Source of the DNA: Christensenellales bacterium
GTDB lineage: Bacteria; Bacillota; Clostridia; Christensenellales; UBA1242
NCBI GenBank assembly: GCA_051889215.1
Contig: JBJFDC010000006.1
Span: forward strand, 5,669-69,668
Reading direction: 5' to 3'
DNA length: 64,000 nt
A program made the position numbers and the translations under genes. Each line of letters starts with the position of its first letter. Position 1 is the first letter of the stretch. Below, one piece after another: positions 1-6,948 of this stretch. The notes beneath the pieces are model-generated. The model had not been told where the DNA came from and made no database searches. It saw nothing but the letters and a program-made list of their open reading frames with translations.

Positions 1-371
1 GCGGGGTGAAGATAAAAATTTTTGTTCCAGGCATTGCCGACAAAAAATTGGTTAACATGGTGACAAAATCTCATTATGAGAGTGCAATTTCAAATGGCAT
101 TGAGATGTTGGAATTTGAAAAAGGGTTTATTCATTCAAAAAACATTCTTGTGGATAAGGCGACGATGCTTGTTGGCACAATAAACATTGATTATCGAAGT
201 TTTTTTCGAAATTTTGAATGCGCTGTCATTATCAAAAATTCAAACGCGGTTCAAGAACTTTTTGATGATTTCAAACAAATTGAAAAGCAGTGTAAAAAAG
301 TTGAGGCAAAAGATTTGCCTCGTCCAAACTTTTTTATCAAATTATTGAAACTCTTTGCTCCGGTTTTATAA
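1..371 (+). CDS. cls: cardiolipin synthase, C-terminal part (5' end lies outside the window)
   Basis: Translation carries a phospholipase-D HKD motif (HSKNILVD...GTINIDYRS). The frame is open to the window start. Confidence 0.8.
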   Translation, partial: GVKIKIFVPGIADKKLVNMVTKSHYESAISNGIEMLEFEKGFIHSKNILVDKATMLVGTINIDYRSFFRNFECAVIIKNSNAVQELFDDFKQIEKQCKKVEAKDLPRPNFFIKLLKLFAPVL

Positions 372-1127
372 TTTTATCAGATTAAAAACGTTTTTAATTT
401 TTTTGCTCAACGAGTTGGTTTCTGAAAGCGGAATTGGGTGCGAAAGATTGTCGTTTCCGAGTTCAATGGTCAGAGCGGGAATGTTTTGTTTCATTTCGCA
501 CCAATCGGAAAATCCGCCAAAACTCCCAGTGGTTTTGATTGGAACAAATCCAGAATAATGTGAAATTATGCTGGCAATTTGTCTGTCTTGTCCTTTGTTT
601 TTGCCATTCAAGAAATCGCCAAAATATATGACCTCACCTTTTGTGTGGAGGTTGAGAACAAGGCGGGGGTGGAGTCGTTTTGTGAAATTTGTGAGTGATA
701 GAGTTTCAATCTCACTTTCGGGATATGGACCAATATAATTTTCGTGATGAGGGTGAAAAAGATTGCTTTTTCCCTTTCCCCAATTTGCGTCAAAATTGAC
801 ATTTATGTCCACAAGGTTTGCATTTGCTTTAAACATTTTTTGATTGTCTTCCAAAACGATTTCGACCCCGTCAGGATTGACAACTGGCACAAACCAAATG
901 CCAAACTCATCGAAGTTGTATGCTTTAACCATCTCAAACCCCACTGCTGTTGAAACATATTCTCTTGCGTGGGTTGAAGAAGTGATCAGAATTTGAGGTT
1001 TTTCAAACTTTCCAAAGTGAAATGCGAAAATTGGCTTGTTTTTCACACTTTTGCCAATAATCAATCTGAAGTTCGCCTGATTTTTAATTTTTTTTACAAT
1101 GTTGTTCAAATCTTTGAAACTATCCAT
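366..1127 (-). CDS. M14-family zinc carboxypeptidase (gamma-D-glutamyl-meso-DAP peptidase-like)
   Basis: 253-aa ORF with SSTHAREYVS (HxxE zinc site) and VVNPDG motifs typical of M14 peptidases. It converges on cls and overlaps it by 6 nt. Confidence 0.7.
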   Translation of the reverse strand: MDSFKDLNNIVKKIKNQANFRLIIGKSVKNKPIFAFHFGKFEKPQILITSSTHAREYVSTAVGFEMVKAYNFDEFGIWFVPVVNPDGVEIVLEDNQKMFKANANLVDINVNFDANWGKGKSNLFHPHHENYIGPYPESEIETLSLTNFTKRLHPRLVLNLHTKGEVIYFGDFLNGKNKGQDRQIASIISHYSGFVPIKTTGSFGGFSDWCEMKQNIPALTIELGNDNLSHPIPLSETNSLSKKIKNVFNLIKL

Positions 1128-1205
1128 AATATATATTATGCTTTGTTGTGAAACAAAGAAACGGAATTGTTTTTGCTTTTTTTATGGCGTTTTTCCAGAA
1201 GAGTG

Positions 1206-1232
1206 TTGACATAGAAATGTTTGTGTGATAAT
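1206..1232 (+). promoter_or_regulatory. sigma-A-like promoter for the ABC operon
   Basis: TTGACA at 1206-1211 and TGtGATAAT (extended -10) at 1224-1232. The 15-nt spacer is short. Confidence 0.35.
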
Positions 1233-1283
1233 CTTTTTATGTTTTATGAAAGATAAAACAATTAGAATTTAATATTTTGACCC

Positions 1284-1312
1284 CCCTAATAAAAATTTAT
1301 TAGGGTCTTTTT
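1284..1312 (+). terminator. terminator-like hairpin inside the ABC-operon leader (possible attenuator)
   Basis: Perfect 10-bp stem CCCTAATAAA / TTTATTAGGG (1284-1293 / 1296-1305) followed by tcttttt. It lies between the putative promoter and the TTG start at 1350. Confidence 0.35.
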
Positions 1313-1349
1313 GCTTTCATAAAATAGATTTACAAAAGGAGAAACGCTT

Positions 1350-1685
1350 TTGATAAAGGTGAAAAATCTAACCAAATATTTCAAAATCTCAAAGCGCGAC
1401 AAGGGCTTTTGGGGTGCCATCAAGGGATTATTTGTCAGAAAAAAGATAATCAAAAAAGCACTCGATGGCGTGTCATTTGAAATTGCCGACGGCGAGATTG
1501 TTGGATATTTGGGACCAAACGGAGCAGGAAAAAGCACGACAATAAAAATTATGTGCGGGATTCTGACTCCAACGAGCGGAGCATGCGAGATTAATGGCTT
1601 TATCCCCTACAAGCAGCGCGAAAAATATGTCAAAAACATTGGCGTTGTGACAAAGGTGAATATTTTTTGGAGTTTGTCGCCATAG
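1350..1685 (+). pseudogene. ABC transporter ATP-binding protein, 5' fragment (authentic through 1649, then 11 nonsense-derived codons)
   Basis: RBS AAAGGAG sits 7 nt before TTG 1350. Walker A is GPNGAGKST. Homology ends at ...KNIGVV (codon ending 1649). The tail TKVNIFWSLSP is antisense of a permease gene. Confidence 0.85.
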
Positions 1686-2263
1686 ATGTTGAGTGGATAT
1701 TGACAAAGTTCTCTTCCGCCGTCAGTGAAAATATTAACAACTTCAATTCCGTCAATCGTGAATATCGCCCAAGACGCCCCGAGCATAAATAGTCCCAAAA
1801 ACACAACAACGCCACAAACACACATTCCGACAACAATCATCACTTTTCCAAATGTCCAAGCAAAATCTTGAATACACATTGCATAAATCAGTGTCGCAAT
1901 CGCAACAATGCATCGTCCAAATTTGGAAAGTTCAATATCGCAACATAGTGCCTGGTGAACAATCCCCCTTGGGCGGACAAGCATTCGGTCAACAGACCCG
2001 CTCTTGATGAAACTGGCAAATGTATCCATTCCGCGAAAGAAGCATTCGGTGAACGAGAAGGAAAACATGACGACGCCATATGTGAGCATAATTTGCTTGA
2101 AATTCCACCCTTCAACAACATTAAATCTTTCCATGAGCAGATAGATTGTGAGAAGCATGAGCACTGTGGTCAACATTTGCGCAAAGAACATCAGCGCAAG
2201 CGAAAGTTTGTATTGCAGTTGTTTTTTGATTTGCATTTTCATAAACGAAAAATATAGTTTCAT
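1650..2263 (-). pseudogene. ABC-2-type permease 2, N-terminal 204 codons (C-terminus displaced to 3738-3906)
   Basis: Multi-TM ORF. Family-like sequence ...YPLNIYGDKLQKIFTFV stops at 1650. The remaining 13 residues of the listed ORF are antisense of the ATPase gene. Confidence 0.8.
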
Positions 2264-3066
2264 CAGCCGCCTTGAACCTCCACTTTTTTTAGATTTAACT
2301 TAAACAAAAGTTTTCCGAGCAAAATTGTTGCAACAGTCCAGGCAATTTGAATTCCCAGTTGAATGGCAGACGATTTGATGTCAATGCTTCCGCAATATGT
2401 TCTGAAACACAAGTCATTGAGATATCTGAAAGGGAGATAATTCATGACATTTTGAAGCCAAACAGGCATGAGCGGAATTGGCAACATTGCTCCACTGCAA
2501 AACTGACTGATTGTCGCAAATATTGCAAATGTTCCGTTTGGTGTCATTGTCCGAAATAGCAGCGCATAACACAGCATTCCAAGCCCCGCAACCATGAAAC
2601 CTGCAACAACAAGCTCAATTAAAAACAATCCAAATGCACCCCAACTTGCTGGGAGCGAAAGTCTGATTGAAGAAGGAAGACAAAACGCAATAACAATGAG
2701 CGGCACCATTCGAAGGAGAGTTTTTGCAAGTCGTTCGGAATAGAGTGTTGCAAACCAGTTGTTATACAAACTCATGGGTCTAACCATTTCATAACTTATG
2801 TTGCCTTCAATAATGGCTTTGGTCATATCTTTGTTTTGTTGAAACAATCCAAAATACATGAAGAAACTTTGTTGCAGCCATAGATATGTAATCATTTGCG
2901 AATAAGAAAAGTTGTCAGGAACATTTCCCATGCGATAAAACGCGGTAAACAAAAGCACATACATAAAGCCAAAACAAATTTGTGTTGCAAGTCCAGCGAG
3001 TGCGGACACGCGATATTGCAAAGAGTTGATGAATTTGAGTTTGAAGATTGAAAAATATGTTCTCAT
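2263..3066 (-). CDS. ABC-2-type permease 1 (DUF990/ABC2_membrane_6-like; family recalled from memory)
   Basis: 267-aa polytopic membrane ORF. Its start overlaps the stop of the ATPase 3' fragment and its stop overlaps the permease 2 start (translational coupling). Confidence 0.7.
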   Translation of the reverse strand: MRTYFSIFKLKFINSLQYRVSALAGLATQICFGFMYVLLFTAFYRMGNVPDNFSYSQMITYLWLQQSFFMYFGLFQQNKDMTKAIIEGNISYEMVRPMSLYNNWFATLYSERLAKTLLRMVPLIVIAFCLPSSIRLSLPASWGAFGLFLIELVVAGFMVAGLGMLCYALLFRTMTPNGTFAIFATISQFCSGAMLPIPLMPVWLQNVMNYLPFRYLNDLCFRTYCGSIDIKSSAIQLGIQIAWTVATILLGKLLFKLNLKKVEVQGG

Positions 3067-3737
3067 ATTTCAAACTCCTGATAGAGTTTTGACATGATTT
3101 CTTCAAGTCCCAAATCTTCAACCTGAATGTCGACAACATCAAACTTTTTGCTGACGAAATTCGTGAATTTTGGCAAGTGAAACTCTCCGTGAGATTTATA
3201 TTTTGCTGTTTTGTCAATCACTTCGATAAGTTCATAACCTTCGAGCGAATAATCTTCATAATCTTTGGCATATTGAACGGTGAGAATTTTTTCTGTTCGA
3301 TATTTTTCTTTGATTTCAGAAAAATTGCCGTCATACAAGATTTTGCCTTTGCCGATGAGTATAATTCTGTTGGTTAGCGCTTCAATGTCGTTCATGTCAT
3401 GAGTTGTGAGAATGACGGTCACGCCGAGTTCTTTGTTAATCTTTTTAACAAACTCCCTCACCTGCAATTTGCTCACGGCATCAAGTCCGATGGTTGGCTC
3501 ATCGAGAAATAAGATTTTTGGGTCGTGAAGAAGTGAGCCCGCAAGTTCGCATTTCATTTTTTGTCCGAGTGACATTTGCCGAAGCGGAATGTCCAACAAA
3601 TCTTCAAGTTCGAGAGTTTCAGTCAACATTTTTAGTCTCTCTTCAAACTTGTCTTTTGGAATTTTGTAGACATCTTTCAAGAGATAATATGAGTCAATGA
3701 CAGGCACGTCCCAAAAGAGTTGCGACCTTTGTCCAAA
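3063..3737 (-). pseudogene. ABC transporter ATP-binding protein, 3' fragment (224 aa)
   Basis: Begins FGQRSQLFWDVPV. Carries the signature-like MSLGQKMK, Walker B ILFLDEPT and the H-loop TTHD. It has no Walker A. The 36 upstream residues of the listed ORF are antisense of the permease 2 C-terminus. Confidence 0.85.
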
Positions 3738-3906
3738 AATACCATATGCTTGTTTTAATGTTTTGCCTATGAAATATCTGTTTGGAATGGAAGGCGCAAC
3801 TTTGTGGAATGGGGCGCTCGCTCCCGTTTGGGGAATGCTGTTCATCGTTCCATGCTACATAATTTTTAGATTGAGTTTGCGCAAATACGAATCAAGCGGA
3901 ACATGA
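3738..3906 (+). pseudogene. ABC-2-type permease 2, orphan C-terminal fragment
   Basis: IPYACFNVLPMKYLFG...FRLSLRKYESSGT* looks like the canonical C-terminus of this permease family. It is followed directly by a terminator. Confidence 0.75.
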
Positions 3907-3913
3907 TTTTCAC

Positions 3914-3943
3914 AAAAAGGTCTTGCATTTGCAAGACCTTTTT
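3914..3943. terminator. bidirectional rho-independent terminator
   Basis: AAAAAGGTCTTGCA tt TGCAAGACCTTTTT, a perfect 14-bp stem with A/T runs on both sides. Confidence 0.8.
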
Positions 3944-3960
3944 ATGTCATAATATGATGA

Positions 3961-4152
3961 TTATTTTTCTTTGTGACAGTTGCACATTTTTTCGTAGGAT
4001 TTGCAAAAATGTGCGTCGCGAGTCCCTTGCTTTGTGATTTTGATTGCATCTTTGTCGCAAAGACAACCCTCAATGTTATGCACGCAGTCACAAACATCGC
4101 AACATACATCTGTTTTGAGTTTGGTTGGTGCTTTTGTGTTTACTTGTGTCAT
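3961..4152 (-). CDS. DUF1540-like cysteine-rich small protein
   Basis: 63 aa when started at MTQV, which is preceded by GGAGG. The Cys pattern CDVCDCVHN..C.C...I.I resembles DUF1540. Confidence 0.55.
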   Translation of the reverse strand: MTQVNTKAPTKLKTDVCCDVCDCVHNIEGCLCDKDAIKITKQGTRDAHFCKSYEKMCNCHKEK

Positions 4153-4238
4153 ATTTACCTCCAATTTTATTTTTTGCCACAATCAAACAATTATGCGAAA
4201 GTTTGATTGTTTTTTGTTTTTGAGGGCAAAATAGTTAT

Positions 4239-4613
4239 ATGTTGGACAAGCGAACTGAAATTATTTTGATGGCAATAAACAAAGAATGTCAAAGCGGCTC
4301 ATTTCAGGTGGTTGAGGTGAGCGATTTGATTGCTGCTCTTCCCAAAAAGTATTTGCCAGACCAAAACCTCGTCACACAATGTGTGAATGCATTGAGTCGA
4401 GAAGGTTATATTGAACTAAAATATCATGATAGCGAAGTGTTTTGTTTGTGTCCGCTCCCCAAAGGCAGAATGCTTTTTGAAAACAAAATTGAAAAGAAGG
4501 GCATGGCAAGACGTTATGTTTTGCTTTCGGTTCTTGGTCTTTTGGTGCTCACAATACTTTTGATTTTGACATCGTTTTGCGGTGTATTAATTTTTGAAAA
4601 GATATTCAAATAA
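4239..4613 (+). CDS. membrane-anchored winged-helix-like protein (paralog 1)
   Basis: 124 aa. The N-terminal ~90 aa is soluble and wHTH-like. A single C-terminal TM helix follows (VLLSVLGLLVLTILLILTSFCGVLIF). Confidence 0.45.
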   Translation: MLDKRTEIILMAINKECQSGSFQVVEVSDLIAALPKKYLPDQNLVTQCVNALSREGYIELKYHDSEVFCLCPLPKGRMLFENKIEKKGMARRYVLLSVLGLLVLTILLILTSFCGVLIFEKIFK

Positions 4614-4627
4614 ACCAAACAGAACGG

Positions 4628-4993
4628 GTGAAAATGTTAGATAAATATGAGAAAAAAGTTTTGATATACTTGATTGAAAATTGCTCAAAAAAACAGGTGT
4701 CTCTCATTCACAAGGAGGACATCATAAAAAATATGAGCAAAAATTTTGCTTTATCACTATCAACTTTGGACGATATTATGTTATCATTAGCAAAAGATAA
4801 TTACATTGATTATATCTCTTCTGACTCAAAAAAAGGTCCTGCCTATTGCATCACTCTAAAAAACAAGGCGCTGACATTCAACAAAGACCAGAAAAAACAA
4901 AAAAAATATGCCTATTTTTTAATTTTTCGAACCATTGGTCTTGCAATTTTGAGTTTTTTGGTGGGGATAATCTTAAAGGTGATATTCAGTTGA
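4628..4993 (+). CDS. membrane-anchored winged-helix-like protein (paralog 2)
   Basis: 121 aa with the same architecture as 4239-4613. Its stop overlaps the uvrB start (TGATG). Confidence 0.45.
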   Translation: MKMLDKYEKKVLIYLIENCSKKQVSLIHKEDIIKNMSKNFALSLSTLDDIMLSLAKDNYIDYISSDSKKGPAYCITLKNKALTFNKDQKKQKKYAYFLIFRTIGLAILSFLVGIILKVIFS

Positions 4994-6948
4994 TGGAAGA
5001 AAGAAAATTTGAGTTGGTTTCACACTTTATGCCTTCGGGCGACCAACCGCAAGCGATTGAAAGTCTTGTGGAAGGTCTTCGTGACGGGCTTAAGAATCAA
5101 GTGCTTTTGGGAGTCACTGGGAGTGGCAAGACTTTTACAATGGCAAATATCATAGAAAAAATCAACAAGCCAACTCTGGTTATTGCACACAACAAGACTC
5201 TTGCTGCCCAACTTTGCAACGAACTTCGCGAATTTTTTCCTCATAACAAAGTTGAGTTTTTTGTTTCATACTATGACTACTATCAGCCAGAGGCATACAT
5301 TGCCTCCTCTGATACATACATCGAAAAAGATATGTCGGTGAATGAGGAAATTGATAAGTTGCGTTCATCTGCCACTGCTGCACTTCTTGGGCGAAACGAC
5401 ACCATTGTTGTCGCCTCCGGTTCTTGCATATATGGTTTGGGCAATCCTCAAGAATATTTGTCTTTGCAACTATTTTATGAAAAAGGTCAAAAAATTGGGG
5501 TGAAGCAAGTCGTTCACGACCTCATTGGGATAAATTATGTTCGACAAGACGCGGGGCTTGTGAGAAATAGTTTTCGCTATAAAGGTGACACGCTTGAAAT
5601 CATGGGCTCAACAACAACCGATATTGGAGTTCGCATTGAATTTTTTGGCGATGAAATTGAACATATATATGAATTTGATGCCGTTTCGAAAAAAATTATC
5701 TCGGAATTAAGCGAGGTTTCATTTTTCCCTGCAACGCACTACACAGTTGGCTCAACAAGACTCAACAACGCTCTTTCCGAAATTGAAAAAGATGCCGAAA
5801 TTGAGGTTAAAGAGTTTGAAGAGCGCGGCAAACTCATTGAAGCACAGCGGCTCAAAGAGCGTGTTGCATATAATGTTGAAATGATTAGAGAACTGGGTTA
5901 TTGCAGTGGAATTGAAAACTATTCGCGATATTTTGATGGAAGAAAACCGGGTGAGCCGCCTTTTACTTTGCTCGATTATTTTCCAAATGGATTTTTGACT
6001 CTGATTGACGAGAGTCACATGACATTGCCTCAAATTCGCGGAATGTATAACGGAGACAGAGCGAGAAAAGAAAGTCTTGTTGAATACGGCTTTCGACTCA
6101 AGGCAAGCTTCGACAATCGTCCACTCAATTTTGACGAGTTTTCATCAAGACTTGGACAAACAATTTATGTTTCTGCAACACCTGGGGACTATGAAAAAAA
6201 TTTGTCGGATAACACTGTTGAACAACTCATTCGTCCGACTGGGCTTTTGGATCCTGAAATCGAAGTGTTGCCAACAAATGACCAAATTGCAGTGCTTATG
6301 GACAGAATAAAAGAAGTCACAAAACGAAATGAGCGCGTTCTTGTGACAACTCTAACAAAAAAAATGGCGGAAAGTTTGACGACATATCTTTGCGAGCATG
6401 GACTCAAAGCAAAATATATGCACTCTGAAATTGACACAATTGAGAGGGTTGAGATAATAAACTCATTGAGAAGTGGAGAATTTGATGTTTTGGTTGGCAT
6501 AAATCTTTTGCGTGAAGGTCTTGACCTTCCAGAGGTGAGCATGGTTGCAATTCTCGATGCAGACAAAGAGGGATTTTTGCGCAGCGAAGGTGCGCTCATT
6601 CAAACCATTGGGCGTGCTGCCCGCAATGAGCATGGCAAGGTGTTGATGTTTGCCGATGTTCAAACCGGCAGCATGAAGCGCGCGATTGACGAAACAAATC
6701 GCCGCAGAACTTTGCAAATGCAATTTAATGCCGAGCATGGCATAACGCCAAAAACCATAAAGAAAAATGTTGTCAATTCACTGCAAATAACAAAGCGTAA
6801 TCCAATCGGCAAGATAAACAAACAAGACATTCCAGAACAAATTGAAAAATTAAAAGCATTGATGAAAATTGCTTCAAATTCTTTGGATTTTGAAAATGCC
6901 ATCAAGCTTCGCGACGAAATCAATGCTCTAAAAAAGAGGTTAAACTGA
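4993..6948 (+). CDS. uvrB: excinuclease ABC subunit B
   Basis: MEERKFELVSHFMPSGDQPQAI, GVTGSGKT, the helicase motifs and the C-terminal UVR domain are all present. The listed ORF start at 4846 is an upstream in-frame extension. Confidence 0.95.
   Translation: MEERKFELVSHFMPSGDQPQAIESLVEGLRDGLKNQVLLGVTGSGKTFTMANIIEKINKPTLVIAHNKTLAAQLCNELREFFPHNKVEFFVSYYDYYQPEAYIASSDTYIEKDMSVNEEIDKLRSSATAALLGRNDTIVVASGSCIYGLGNPQEYLSLQLFYEKGQKIGVKQVVHDLIGINYVRQDAGLVRNSFRYKGDTLEIMGSTTTDIGVRIEFFGDEIEHIYEFDAVSKKIISELSEVSFFPATHYTVGSTRLNNALSEIEKDAEIEVKEFEERGKLIEAQRLKERVAYNVEMIRELGYCSGIENYSRYFDGRKPGEPPFTLLDYFPNGFLTLIDESHMTLPQIRGMYNGDRARKESLVEYGFRLKASFDNRPLNFDEFSSRLGQTIYVSATPGDYEKNLSDNTVEQLIRPTGLLDPEIEVLPTNDQIAVLMDRIKEVTKRNERVLVTTLTKKMAESLTTYLCEHGLKAKYMHSEIDTIERVEIINSLRSGEFDVLVGINLLREGLDLPEVSMVAILDADKEGFLRSEGALIQTIGRAARNEHGKVLMFADVQTGSMKRAIDETNRRRTLQMQFNAEHGITPKTIKKNVVNSLQITKRNPIGKINKQDIPEQIEKLKALMKIASNSLDFENAIKLRDEINALKKRLN

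Larger units (their letters stand above)
1650..3737. other. 2,088-bp inverted segment relative to the ancestral operon order
   Basis: Reverse-complementing exactly this interval rejoins the ATPase (GVV|FGQRSQ) and permease 2 (FTFV|IPYACF) in frame. A 9-bp inverted repeat GACAAAGGT/ACCTTTGTC lies at 1649-1657 and 3725-3733. Confidence 0.8.

Noticed and set aside
1649-3733. The 9-bp inverted repeat GACAAAGGT/ACCTTTGTC as the actual crossover site of the inversion
   Set aside because: Flipping between the repeat cores gives GVVTKVATLLGRACH* for the ATPase and a frameshifted permease. Only breakpoints at about 1649/1650 and 3737/3738 restore both frames. The repeat may be microhomology or coincidence rather than a recombinase core.
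3738-3845. N-terminal 36 aa of the listed minus-strand ORF 3063-3845 (MNSIPQTGASAPFHKV...)
   Set aside because: It is antisense to the permease 2 C-terminal fragment. ATPase homology starts only at FGQRSQ (3737).
4846-4992. N-terminal 49-aa extension of the listed uvrB ORF (start at 4846)
   Set aside because: It overlaps the preceding gene in another frame. UvrB homology begins at MEERKFELVSHF (ATG 4993).
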